60,334 nucleotides of DNA from Parasitella parasitica NRRL 2501 (GCA_025201805.1 MU619401.1:1-60334), one strand, 5' to 3'; positions 1 through 13,446 are shown, numbered from the stretch's first letter. The notes: a model not told the origin generated them from the sequence alone. Numbers and translations: made by a program.

Positions 1-356
1 TCATTGAATGACGAGCTGCCATAATTGATATCTTTGTCATTATTATTCTTATTCTGAATGTCTATTGTGTAAGGGAAAGCACTTTGATCAGGAGTGTTTT
101 CCTTCACACGACATTCATTGATAAGGTCTTAAATTGTATTTGTAATTCGATTTGATTTATATGACTTAATATGTTATGCGAACTCGAATGGCATGAATTG
201 ACTATGCGTGACATTTGAGTCTTATTTTATTTTTTTAGTTACTTGCTTTTAGTTATACCATTCCATTGCTGCAATTTCGATCTTAAATAAAGTATCTTTA
301 GTTTTCGTATCTCGTTAACCTTTGGTTTTTTTATTATCTTTTTGATCCAACACTAA

Positions 357-3305
357 CACTACGCCCTCGCCGATGTTCTCATGAGAATATATATATGTGC
401 ATGAACGGGAACAGTTTTTAGAGCCAAAAAAAGTGCTTATCGAGCTAGGTTAAGGCGATAAATGTGCTCATGCGAGAGCAAAAATTGAAACATCTTAAAT
501 GATCACGTTTTTATGCTTAAATGAGCACATAAATTACTAGTTTCATAGGCTTAAAATTACGCTCAAAAGGCTTGAAAAAATGTGCTCATGAAGCGAAAAT
601 GTGCCCGTACACTCAAAATAATTTGTGGATATAATATCCATACTTCATACATCGATCATCAGTTCATGCTATATTTGAATCATGAGTGTACTACTCAATA
701 GATATTATCAAATGTGTACATAGTCGGAAGAATAGAATAACCAACATATAAGATAAGAAATGAATCTTAACAAATCACAATACATGCAAGTCAATGTATA
801 ATATAGCCTGATATTTTGATCAAAGATCTTAATCCAATAGTGAGGCTACATGAATAGATAGAATATTCTTTGGAGATTGATAATGATTTAGATGTGATAG
901 TGGAAACTATATAAAGAGGGCATCAATCTGTAATGATTAGAGTTCTCCAGTCTGAACTAAATAATAAATCTATACGTTATCTAGTTGACTTATCTTGTTT
1001 TTTTATACTTTTTTTCTGTGAATATCCTTACATCAAGCATATTCCACATAATTACTCAAAAAAGTAAAATTTGCGTATAAAAATGTAGCTGTAAGTTTTG
1101 TCAATTTTTGTAGTATGGACCAGTAATTTATTATTGCTTTCATTTCATATCGTTACATACAATATTGTCTTGATTATGTAGCCTTTGGTTCACACAGGCA
1201 ATTATGGAAAACAGTACAAGGTTAGCTATTACCCGATTTGAAATTGAAGCAACTGCTGAGGTATTTGCTATATACAAGAAAAATGCATCAGTAAAATAAA
1301 TTTTGTTGGCGACAATAGCAAATAATCACCTACATTAATTGTGAAAAGAGATGATACACTACAACATCATATAAAATACTCGAAAAAAGAAGCAAGGAGG
1401 CAGCATTGATGTGTCAATTTCCCAACCGGAAGTCAAACTCAAGTAAACTCAATCCTGAACACAATTCAGGAACANNNNNNNNNNNNNNNNNNNNNNNNNN
1501 NNNNNNNNNNNNNNNNNNNNNNNNNNNNNNNNNNNNNNNNNNNNNNNNNNNNNNNNNNNNNNNNNNNNNNNNNNNNNNNNNNNNNNNNNNNNNNNNNNNN
1601 NNNNNNNNNNNNNNNNNNNNNNNNNNNNNNNNNNNNNNNNNNNNNNNNNNNNNNNNNNNNNNNNNNNNNNNNNNNNNNNNNNNNNNNNNNNNNNNNNNNN
1701 NNNNNNNNNNNNNNNNNNNNNNNNNNNNNNNNNNNNNNNNNNNNNNNNNNNNNNNNNNNNNNNNNNNNNNNNNNNNNNNNNNNNNNNNNNNNNNNNNNNN
1801 NNNNNNNNNNNNNNNNNNNNNNNNNNNNNNNNNNNNNNNNNNNNNNNNNNNNNNNNNNNNNNNNNNNNNNNNNNNNNNNNNNNNNNNNNNNNNNNNNNNN
1901 NNNNNNNNNNNNNNNNNNNNNNNNNNNNNNNNNNNNNNNNNNNNNNNNNNNNNNNNNNNNNNNNNNNNNNNNNNNNNNNNNNNNNNNNNNNNNNNNNNNN
2001 NNNNNNNNNNNNNNNNNNNNNNNNNNNNNNNNNNNNNNNNNNNNNNNAAATCAAGCATCTTGAAAAAAAGTAGCAAGGTTTAGCTTCATACTGTAACTTC
2101 TAGAATCCAGGGCAAAAATGAACAGCAAACCTCCTATATTATCGTATATGTTCAGATACTGGGCACAAAATTATACCTGTAGCGTGCCTAAATATATAAT
2201 AGAGGAGATCTAGTTTTAGTGTATATTAATTAAGCAAAAGAAGCAAGCCAGAAAGTATTCAATACTACCTTGACATTGACACCCAAACGACGTAATATAA
2301 AAAAGTGATTTATACATAGTATTATCTTTAGCTATTGCCTATATATAGCAGTAAAAGAAGTCAGTCATTTAGTAGCTACAAACAATTTAATGCACATAGC
2401 AATACCATGATCTCATATGAAAGATTGAACTGAGTAGAGTCTCTATTGTGTTATTGACAAAAGGATTAATAGTTTGTTAGAATAAACTCAAATACATACC
2501 ATGATGATACCAATACACAAAATATGTTGCGTATTATTTCTTTATTCCAAGCTATACTGCAAGCTGTTCCTTGATAAAAAAGAAGCTACAATTTCTTATA
2601 ATGAAACTACAGATATGTGAAGATGTTAGTACTCTGTATAGTTTACTTATATTTGGCACAAAATGTGCTAATATTGTATGTTTTTTAAGTTAAAATACCA
2701 GTTTATAAAGTTGTAAAGTTAGTGAAAACAAAAGAAAAAGACCAAGGAAAAGCTAACAAAGAAGCTAAAATATGCATTCGGTCATCACAATATGCAATGT
2801 TTGCGCTAAGCATGCAGTAAAAAGCCAATAGAAAAGCACAGCTACAAGGTCGTCTCAACATTTGAAAGCAAGGCATGTGCAAACAAAAATATATTTTATT
2901 CAAGTGTATTGCTACTGGTGCTAGCATTATTATTACCATCGGCTTTTTTTTCATCATCTTCAACAACACTTTGGTTAACAGTAGGTACTTCTTCGTCACT
3001 TTTTGCGCTCGAATGAACATTAGTATGATCGTGCGAGCATAAATAAACTTTTTGTACTCAAAACAGATGCGATCTTTGCAATATCTCAACAAATATTTGG
3101 TAGCAAATGTTACTACAAGCACAAAAAAAATCGAAATGTCTCAGGAATTATATTATATAATTAAAAAATGAGCCATCTCAACTTTTTTTACATTTGGGCC
3201 AAAATTATTTATGGTCTCGCAAGCACATTAATGCTCCCATGACCCTAAAAATGTTCGCATTTGAGCACATTTATGTTCACCGAGAACATCCAGGACGCCA
3301 TAGTG
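357..3305. mobile_element. CACTA (CMC-EnSpm) DNA transposon, degenerate or non-autonomous, spanning an assembly gap
   Basis: Left end CACTACGCCCTCGCCGATGTTCTC; reverse complement of right end CACTATGGCGTCCTGGATGTTCTC. 3-bp TSD TAA at 354-356 and 3306-3308. Subterminal AATGTGCTCA/TGAGCACAT repeats occur near both ends (~461, 522, 579, 3262). No intact transposase is visible. Confidence 0.85.
795..1032 (+). mobile_element. Solo LTR nested inside the CACTA element
   Basis: TGTA...TACA termini, 4-bp TSD TCAA (791-794 and 1033-1036), internal TATAAA (~910) followed by AATAAA (~963). Confidence 0.6.
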
Positions 3306-4349
3306 TAAGGTTAAATGGCATCGATTATTCTATCTAGTAAATAGAAGTATTCAATGGAATGTCTTGTAGTATAAGAAACCATCTATTTGGTTCTACTTAT
3401 TCTAAATTGCGAAGCTCAACTTATCGATGAATGATTCACATTCATAAAGATTAGCTGATTAAATATAGAAATAGGTCTTGCTCTGACTACTACTGTGTTA
3501 TAATCTTGCTTGACAATTAAATGTCAAACATGGCCTGATTGTATTTTATAGATTGATTTAGATAGATTTATTCTAATATTATAAATAGACAGCTTCTTGT
3601 CAATCAATAAATCAATAGTTTTGTATCTGGTAAACTAAGTCTTTATTACATTCTTATATTTTTCTATCACATACAATCACCTGCTGTGCTCATTTTCAAG
3701 ACCTGGCACAACACAGATGAATGTTTTGAGGAAGCGTTTTGAGGCAAGCCTCTTTTCGAGTAAACTGTTGTGCCAGTGTCAAAGGGCGCAGCGTAATGTT
3801 ATGTAAATAAGATTTGTATAAAGTAATAAAGACTTTCTGAATAAANNNNNNNNNNNNNNNNNNNNNNNNNNNNNNNNNNNNNNNNNNNNNNNNNNNNNNN
3901 NNNNNNNNNNNNNNNNNNNNNNNNNGGGTAGGATGTCTTCCCGACATCCCGCGATCTGATCTAGATGTATTCTTTGAATAAGCCTGGAACCTTGCAAGAG
4001 GTCCAATTACAACTTGTAGCTTATTCCTTATTTGTAAAAGAATTACCAACAATCAATATCATAATCCGTGCATTATGACTAAGTTAGATATGACATATGT
4101 AGCCTTTATATGGATACAACATAAACACCGACAGCATGATGGCGTTACTAATATAAATATGTCAATTAACCCACTCTACACCTTTTCCTTTTCACACACT
4201 TTCAAATTATAAATAACTAATACCAACAGTAGTTCTGGTAAAATACATAATTACTATGTCAAAAAACCTATCATATAATATACTGTAAAACTATGTTTTT
4301 AAAAATAGACAGGCCAATCATATCGTTTAAAAGATATAAAAAAAATTGA

Positions 4350-5737
4350 ATGCCGGACCACCGGCGCAGCCGGCAATGGGGAGGGGGTTTGGGGGAGGGG
4401 TTTAACCCCTCCCCCAAGGATTTAAGTCATGAAGTTTTTGACATTTACTTTCTTCTATCAATATGCCTCCTGTTCAGACTAAACATTGTACAAGCTGCAA
4501 AATTGCTTTTTCTGAAACCTCTTTCTTCCGAAAATGTGATTCATGTCGTGTAAATAAAAATTGTTTGCCGAGTAAAACTGTAAATTGAGCAAACTTTTTT
4601 TTTTAGGAACGTGCCCGAAACTACGCCAGACATAGAGCTGCGTCAAGGCCGACAGCACCGGCAGCTTTTGTTTCTGAATTGGCAAGAATGCGAATCTCTG
4701 ATCTGGGGACGATGAATGTTGAATGTAATGGTTGTGGTGCCTTGCATTGGGAAGCAGAAAGAGCTACCAATCAAACGAGAAACAACAATCGCTTCTATGC
4801 TTGCTGTAAAAAGGAAAGGCTTTATTGCCCTTATTACAAGAACCGCCTGAGCCTTTGAATGGATTGATCAACGGAAGTCATCCACGCTCAGCGCATTTTT
4901 TGCAGCATATGAGACGGTACAACACTTTGTTTGCGTTTACCTCATTTGGTACTGATGCCACCCCTGAGCAACTTCAACGAGAGAGACAAGAAGAAATCAG
5001 AGGTGGAATCAATCCAGTTCGTGTTCATGGAGAACTGTATCATTTGCAAGCTCCTTTGAATTTGAACAACAGCCCAAAATACAACCAGCTGTATATTTAT
5101 GATCCGGATTATTCTGCTGCAATTCGATCTGCAGATCAACGGAGATGAAGGGTTGTTAGACGAGGCAATCATTGAGCAGTTGAGCGAGATGATTGCTAAT
5201 CCAGAAATTTGTGGCAACCTTTTTGTCCAAATATACAAGCACGCTCACGAAATTTTGAGAGAGGAAGAGGAGCGACAAGCCCTAAATGGTATCAACGAGA
5301 TGCTCACATCAGGCTCAACCCTCAGATGCGAATGGAGCTAATTGTTGGTGAAGACAGACGCACCCAAAATCTGCCAACTGTCAACGAGATTGCGGCTATT
5401 ATACCCAACGAATATGCTGACAGGAGTTTCAGAGATATTTTGATTACATATCGAAATAGCTCCTCCACCAGTGCTCAGGGTCTTTTCAAAAGAATTAATG
5501 AAACGCATGCTGCCCACATGCCCCTTCATTATGTCTTGCTTTTCCCTAGAGGCGAATATCCAGTAGAGGGACGTGGGGTGGGGTTCATTGGGGATACCTC
5601 CCTCTGACTATTATGTAAACTTCTCCATAATTATCAATGCCTGACTGCTTGATTTAACTAAATTTTTATTGTTGTGTAAATTATATCTTCCCGCAGGGCG
5701 ACGCCGTCATCGAGCGTAGCTAGATCAAACGGCTAGT
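4350..5737 (+). mobile_element. Helitron relic: frameshifted N-terminal part of Rep/Helicase joined to a 3' terminus; 5' boundary uncertain
   Basis: Peptides CNGCGALHW..CC, LQEPPEPL..FLQHMRRYNTLFAFTSFG, HGELYH, QLYIYD, NLPTVNEIAAI, PLHYVLLFPRGE lie across at least three frames (~4695-5560). The end is an imperfect GC-rich hairpin (CCGT..GCGTAGC..ACGG) followed by CTAG|T at 5733-5737. Confidence 0.85.
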
Positions 5738-6946
5738 ACTAATATACAATAAAGTTGGTTCATTTATAACACAAGATCACAGTTTACATTAGGAACAAAA
5801 CATAGTCCCTCAAAATAGAAGCGCAGATCTTCCAACAATATGCACCACACAATTGAGATCAATATCTAATGTACAAATACGTCAAAAACCTCCCCACTCT
5901 AATCACAGTACTTTTCTTAACTTCAATTATATTTAATCAAAATCGCCAACAATTATTTGGTATGAAATTATTACAATTATTTTATTAAGCTATTTAAATT
6001 AACAGACAATAAAGTTGGTTCTTTTATATAACTAGAAAAACACAGTCTAATTTATACGTCAAAAGTACCTCCCCTAACTAATTATTCCTTATTCTATATT
6101 CGCAGACATTACATACAGGAATAACCTTCTTGATTTGAAACAGAAACTTTATTCTTTAGTTAAATACAAGCGCATCACAACACATCATTGGACAATCTTC
6201 AGTCTTCAAATTGCAGTATAGTGCCATGGTCTCCTATCCCATATACATGGCAGATCATAAATTATAACAGTTTTTGGACATATATGCATCTTAAAGTAGG
6301 AACAATTTCTAATCTTGAGGCTCAAGACTTTTTACTGCTGCTTATCATCACTTGACAGATCAGAGCTGATGGACATTGCATGTTTCTGCATAAATAAAAA
6401 AAAAATAGCGATGATACTTATGAACTGCACTGTTTGCGTATTGTTGTCACCATCATTATAGTTTTTTAAAGAGACTACACAAAATCATTTTATATCTATC
6501 TAATAATGATTAATTAGCTTCTATTACTGGAGGTTTTGCTACAATTATGCATTATTTTGTTATGAAAAAGGAGAAATGACTTGGATAAATCAGGCCAAAT
6601 GCTAATTTTCGATATGAGCAGATGTGATATAGTAACATCATGAGAACAATAGTAATAGAAAAATTACATATATCTCATCTAATTGTACAATTATGTTTGG
6701 GGTTTTTTCTTTCTTTTTAAAACATATCTAGAGATTACACAGTGATAAAATTAATCCCATTTATTGAGCATGATATTAAGAGATAGGTCATCTTTAGATC
6801 GACTATTTGTATCAAAAATAGAAAGGCATTCCATTATTAAATGTGCGAAAATATTCAATCCGAAAAGAAATCTTCACTGCTGGCCATTAGGGAATGCTGC
6901 AATCAAAAGCACATCAGCATGCGATACCATATATAAAGAGGGCGAG

Positions 6947-7749
6947 ATGTTCAAACTGAGTGACAAAAATAGCAAACAAGAGTACTGCATAGCGTGTGCA
7001 AGACCCTTTAATAAGAACCCTTTATCACAAAAATCGAGGAAGCGCAATATTTGCGTTGGATGTACAAGGTGTGTGATAGCATTATTCTCTTAAATCATTT
7101 TATACTGACCCATTTTAGACTTTACGGTCCATGCCATAACTTAGAAATGTTAGAATTATTGAGATATATTCAAATATCTCGCTTTGGTCATGGTATCAAC
7201 TGCAAACGTATTCTTTATCAGCAATTGGCAAGTCCAAATGGGGATTTTATCGCAAATAAATTTAGACCGCATGCACAAACCAATTTCAAAGTATACACAG
7301 AGCTGAATACAGCACAAGCAGTTCAAACTGATTATAATACTATAATGCGCCTTTTCCATGATGATATATGGAACAATGATCGGCATCTTGATTTATCACA
7401 AGTATTAGAAGAACGTGCCTCCAATTTCTTGTGTCATTCAAAAATACGACACAGGAAGCTTTTCCCGGAAGCCAAGATATCCAATGAGAAGTTTAAATTC
7501 CCTACAGTTTCGCAATTAAAGGGGTTTATGGAGGCCTCCCAGGGGAGATGTGCCTGGAGTGGTATTCGAGGGTTTTGGAAAAGACAACCTAACACAAATA
7601 CAATGTTTTTACTATCATTTGATCACAAAATTCCTGTTTCTAAACTAGGTTCATGGAACCTTGATAATTTACAAATCGGTCTCAAAATGTATAATTCTGT
7701 CAAGGGCAATGAATCTGAAATGGAAATCCAACGATGGTTGTTTCATTGA
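6947..7749 (+). CDS. Orphan ~250-aa protein with N-terminal C4 zinc finger and C-terminal HNH endonuclease domain (exons 6947-7068, 7119-7749)
   Basis: A 50-nt GT..ACTGAC..TTTAG intron joins the 6764 and 7051 ORFs in frame (CTR|LYGP). Motifs CIAC-x18-CVGC and QGRCAWSG...SFDHKIPVSKLGSWNLDNLQ...YNSVKGN. Confidence 0.75.
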
Positions 7750-9287
7750 ATCTACTGTAGTAATAAATTTGCAAGTCTTCAACAGCTGTGTTATCTGTGT
7801 ATGGCATTTATTAATTCCTCGGAGATGTCATATGATGATCTCTTTGTTGTGTTGATGTTTTAAATAGTGTTTGGACAAGACGTAATATACAATTTGGTAA
7901 ATTATTTATCGCAGTGTATTTATGATAAAATGGCAAAAGTTGTAATAATTTGCCTTACTACAATTTTTTTTTGTGTCTGTAACCAATCTAGTTATACCGT
8001 TCAAGTTAATTGGGGACAGTAACAACTGTTTGCTAATTTTACATTACAGTTCCTTCTTTTCAAGCTGATAATTGTGCACACACAAAGAAAGAAGGAAAAG
8101 AATCCATGGAATTGATATTATAAGTTTGGTAAGCTTTTGATCACGTTTTAATTGTAACACCCTGAACTGCTCAACCATGGAAAGCAGCTTTTCAACTAGA
8201 GCATCAGTGTTTATATTGTTTTCTAAATAAACGAAGTTAACTTTTCAAAGAGAAGCTCCAGTAATGTAATTGATTAAGCAATTATATTATGAAATAAAGG
8301 AGTCAGTCTGATATACAACTTGATAATATTGTGTAGAATTCTCCACTAAAACATCCTTATTATCCCCAAAACCCATATGGAGTGTGTTATAGATTTTTTT
8401 TTTTTTTTTTTTTTTTTTTNNNNNNNNNNAAAACAGGCCTCAAACAATTGAACATTTTATATTGACATTTTTACCATGATCAATCCGTGCAGTGTATTAA
8501 TCAATGGCCTGATTTCGTGGTTAGTATAGACGACTGACTCATCAAGCTATTAACGAGCTGTGTAAGAAAGAATTTACTTGTTTAGCCTTCAATAGTATGA
8601 AATTTTTAGTTAAATAAATAAAACCCAGGAAAATAAATATATTGTTAATTACCTAAGTTTCTGCAATGTAACATGAAAATCATATCAACATAAACTTTTA
8701 ACGTTTGTATTTGTATATCAAACTGAGCAAAAAAAGGTACCAAAATATAAGATCACATGCGAATAATGTTTATTGTTGCCAATACAACTACAGCGCGCCT
8801 TTTTTGTATATAAAATTGCATTCTGTCATTATCTTGAGAATTGTAGCAATGCATACCACTGGTGGCAGCAGTCGATCATTTAATATTGTACTAAGTTTTG
8901 ATTTATTTGATTTTGAATTTCAAGAAATGATTACCTTCAAAATGCTATAAACGATGAATCCTCCAGCCCTTTTTCAAGTAGATTAGTGTAACAAAAGAGT
9001 GATATAAACTGCAATAATTCTAATCATCCTTGTGGTGTTACACTTGATTAAAAATCAAATAATGACAAAGTTGTTATACGGTACTTGACAATAGCGAATT
9101 GATATCATAAATTAACATGCGAGAAGTTAAAATGTTAGTTTCACATGTTTTATAATAGCAAGTATCCATAAGTAAGATGAGATGTAACGTTTTGTTTTTG
9201 TAGTCAAAACTGTCGAACAGTATAAATACAGCGTGTTGTTTCCAGGCAACAAACTCCTCAATTCAAATCATATAACCATCTATTATT

Positions 9288-11061
9288 ATGTTGTTACATT
9301 CTATCGGGATCACTGCTGCAGTATTTATCTCATCCTATGGTGCTCAGGCTGCTTTTAGCGCAAACACTCCCAATGTTATGCACTACTGGGGTCAGAACTC
9401 TGCTGGTGGTGGTTCCACGCAAGGCTCATTAGCTTCTTACTGTAATTCCGGACAAGCAGACGCTCTCATTTTGTCCTTTCTCTATGTATTTAACGTAGGT
9501 GGTCTCCCTAGTATCAATTTCTCAAACGCCTGTGAGACAACCTTTTCCGGGACGAATTTACTCACTTGTCCTGCAATTGGCACTGGTAAGTAACACAACA
9601 AATCACATAAAAAGAAGAGAATTAACAAAAGCCATCTAGACATCCAAACTTGTCAAAGTAAAGGTGTTAAAGTAATTTTGTCTCTTGGTGGCGCTTCCGG
9701 TTCCTACGGTTTCAACAGTGATGATCAGGGCGAAACGTTTGCTCAAACCATCTGGGACATGTTTGGTGGTGGGTCGTCTACTTATAGACCGTTTGGCGAT
9801 TCAGTTATAGATGGCATTGATCTTGATATAGAAGGTGGTCCGTCCACTGGATACATTGTAAGTTGATTTCAATAATACTGGAGAGCCAGAATCTAATGTA
9901 AAATCCACGTAGGCTTTTGTCAAAGCTCTTCGCTCTAAATTTTCTTCAAACTTTTTGATCGGTGCAGCTCCTCAATGTCCTTTTCCTGATGTTATACTCG
10001 GTACAATACTTGACGGCGTTGGTCTTGATTTTGTCAATGTCCAATTCTACAACAACTACTGCTCTGCAGTTGGCAATTCTTTTAATTACGATACTTGGGC
10101 CAAATGGGCCCAAAACACATCACCCAACAAAAATGTTAAGGTCTACTTTACTATCCCTGGTTCCTCTACTGCGGCTGGCAGTGGCTACACCCCCATGTCT
10201 ACTATTCAAAGTATTGTTCCACAGCTTGCGTCTCAATATCCTGGCACTTTTGGCGGAGTATCCGTTTGGGATGCTTCTCAAGCTTGGAATAACGATCAAT
10301 TTGCTTCTCAACTGTACAGTCTTGTCAAAGGTTCTGGTGGCAGTGGAGGCGGCACTGCAACAAGCACCAAAATTATTGGTACGTCCACTAGCACGGCCGG
10401 GGCCACAGCTACTGCAGTTTCCTCTTCATCATCTACCTATACGTCTACTGCTACTTCATCTATGGCCACTGCAACTTCAACCAGCATTTCCGGGACTTGT
10501 CCAGTTGTTGGTCAAGCTTGTTCGACTGAAGGTAAATATGTTTGTACAACTGGCACGTCCTATGCTGTTTGTGTCTATGGTAAATGGTCAATTACATCTT
10601 GTCCCAGCAATACTCAATGTATTCCTACTACTGATGGCGCTTCTATTTACTGCGGCTACTCTTCTGGTTCCAACGCTTGTTCGGCTGTCAGTGCTCGTGA
10701 TGTCTTGCATGCTACACTCAACAAGGGGGGAGCTTTTCCCAAGCCATACACGTCCTCTCAAGTTGAAGTCCAATTTGTTGTTGAGAGTGCCTCCACTGAA
10801 GAATTCAAGGCTGTCATCAATGCTCATCGCACTAATGTCAAGCCTTTCGCTAAAACTGTTACTATCGAATTTACATCTCCCAACAATGTCAAGTTTACAA
10901 ACAGTGATGCTGGTACAGTTAGACAGGTTGGCACCAGTGTTCGTATTCAAGCTGATAATCACAAATTCAACCAAAGCATGGCCGTTGTCGTTGCAGTGAA
11001 AGGCACCGTCAGCAAAGGCGTATTTGTTGCACCTAAACCCTCATCTTTACGCATTAAATAA
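9288..11061 (+). CDS. Class III GH18 endochitinase (signal peptide, catalytic domain, Ser/Thr linker, Cys-rich CBM19-like module, C-terminal extension); introns 9586-9639 and 9858-9912
   Basis: YWGQNS, SLGGASG, catalytic [35 protein letters not shown]. Architecture matches Rhizopus-type chitinases. Confidence 0.95.
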
Positions 11062-11329
11062 TCCCATTACACACCGTCTGTAACGGAGGAATATTCAATC
11101 AATAGATGCCTAAGGGTTTTTTTAATACTATTTATAGGGTATATTGTAATTTTTATTCTTTTTTTTTTTGACATGGGGATGGGGTATTTATTCAATCTTA
11201 TTTCAATATGTAATCATATTAAAATTAAAGTATGTTGTTATAGTTACAAAGGAATTAAAAATCCTAAATTTCTTTTTTCTTTTTTCTTTTTTCTTTTTTT
11301 TTTTTTTTTTACAATAGATGATAAATGGT

Positions 11330-11801
11330 TTAGAAATGGAGTGATAATGGTGGGCTAGTGTGTTTTGGTTTGCTGGCTATTGAAAGATAAAGAAAAAGTC
11401 AATTTCAGGTCCATAAAAAATTTCAACACTACTTACGACTATTGAGGAGTTGTTGTTGCTGTTGTTGTTGTTGCTGAGCGGCAGCCATGGCCCGTTGCAT
11501 AGCAACTTTATTATTACCCGTAGAGCTATTAACAACTGCAGCCATATTAGCAGCAATCATCCCGTTTGCCATTGCAACAGCCGCTTGCTGAGGCGTCATT
11601 TTAGTACGACTATTTTGTCGCTTGATGGGAACGCCGGCTGAGGAATTACTGACGACACTGTTCATAGGATTCGCATTAGTAGAAGCGTGCTGTTGTAATG
11701 GAACACGATTGATAACGGGAGGTGAGGATAATGAAGGTGATGCCACTATTGTAGAAGGTGATGCACGGTTAATACCATGCTGCTGCTGCTGCTGCTGCTG
11801 C

Positions 11802-11874
<73 letters not shown>

Positions 11875-13411
11875 GCTGCTGCTGCTGCTGTGCAGCGGTA
11901 CGAGCATTGTTGATAGTAGCCATGTTTAAAGGGTTCAAGAAGGGAACAGTAACCAAGTTTCGCAGTTCATTCTCAGAAAGCAGTTTGACCCTATGCTGAA
12001 GATATAGGCTATCCATTTCATCAATTTGCTCTTCTGGCGATTCGCCATCACTGACATCAGAATCAAATCTATATCTGTTGTAAGTTGGTTCAGGCTGCGA
12101 TCCAGGTCGAGTTTTGCCTCCAGTATGATGTTTAGTAGTAAACCCCTTGCGATCAATGTAAAGACGGCCGTTTCTTCCCATGCGCTTTCGAAACTTGGGT
12201 CCTGCTTGTATTGATTTGCAATGTGGGTTTGCATTAACAGGTTGGTAGAAATGTTGTGGGGTTGATATTGGAAAAGGCTGATATGGAGACTAAGAATGCA
12301 AGCAAGGTCAGTTTAGGTCAAATGAGTGTAGATTATTGATAAAACTCAAATGCATTACCTCTGTACAGTCTTCATAAGGTAAGTCCACTTCCTTTCTACG
12401 TGCCAGTTCAGCCTCAATGGCAAGCTGTGCTGGCGATTTGTCAAGACCAGCTCTTCGAAGTTTGTGTAATGGAATCTTAATCGTTGCACTGTTTGAAAGA
12501 TTTAGTATATGTGCCATGTAATTTTTGGATATTGTGAGTATTTACCCTGATGAACTTTCCAAGGATATCTTTCTTTTCTTCTTAGGTAACAGATCTTCGT
12601 CTTCTTTAATACCCAGTGCCTTTTGATAGTCTTGCAAGGTCCTCTTCTTTTCAAATACTGTGTGCTCCAAAACCAAGCCTTCTTTGCGAATCTTTTCTCG
12701 GCGCACGACCATTTCCATCAAGTTTCGAGCCATTTCCAGTTCTGAGCGCAATTTTCTCAACCGTTCAAATGATTGCTGATCTGTACGTCTTGTCTTGCGA
12801 ACCGGCTTGGTTTCTCTTCGACGGAAACACACATAGGGATCATTTTCACTCTTTGCTGCCTCTTCAAACTTCAGCTGTGGTGTGATTGTCTTGCCTTGTC
12901 TTGTTTCGCGACATTGGCGCCAATATTGATAGATAGTCTCGGCATTTGCAAAGGTTTTAAGTTTTGAATAGTCAGGCATATTCTCGCTAAATGACTTGAA
13001 GTCAGGGATATGGGAAGGATCCAGGTCAAGGTGTGGCCAGTGCTGACTTGCAGTAGATTCAATATCCCACATAATCTGCTCAAATAAATCCTCTGACAAG
13101 ATTTCACCAGGATGTTTCTTGTTAAATGCTTCCAGATACGCTTCATCTTTTTCATCCATATAATAAGGACATCCTATCGAATCTTCAACTGTAGACGAAA
13201 AACGAATCAGCGTAGACGGTTCTTTATAATTTTTTTTGTACAATGAATGATATTCTTTATCAGGGATGAGACGAGAAGCATCTGGAGTAGGGATATACTT
13301 TTCGACGGAGGCACCGGTTGTTACGGCTGCTTGAGCAGCAGAAATAGCAGCTTGTAGATCATGCTATACAGAATAGAATAGATTTGATTAGCGTCCGGAT
13401 ATACTTTCAAG

Positions 13412-13446
<35 letters not shown>

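Noticed and set aside
1406-2083. ORFs spanning N runs (also 3696-4052 and 49303-49746)
   Set aside because: Artefacts of assembly gaps.
3365-3671. Possible second LTR (TATAAA then AATAAA, ends in CA); similar texture at ~68-352
   Set aside because: No matching TSD or convincing terminal inverted repeat found.
8153-9042. TGTAACACC...GGTGTTACA LTR-like termini
   Set aside because: Flanks (TTAAT and CTTGA) do not form a TSD, and the span includes a gap.
9962-10999. 345-aa alternate-frame ORF overlapping the chitinase
   Set aside because: Leu-rich shadow frame caused by codon bias; no motifs.
11622-11999. Poly-Cys ORF (also 19990-20238)
   Set aside because: Antisense reading of polyQ tracts.
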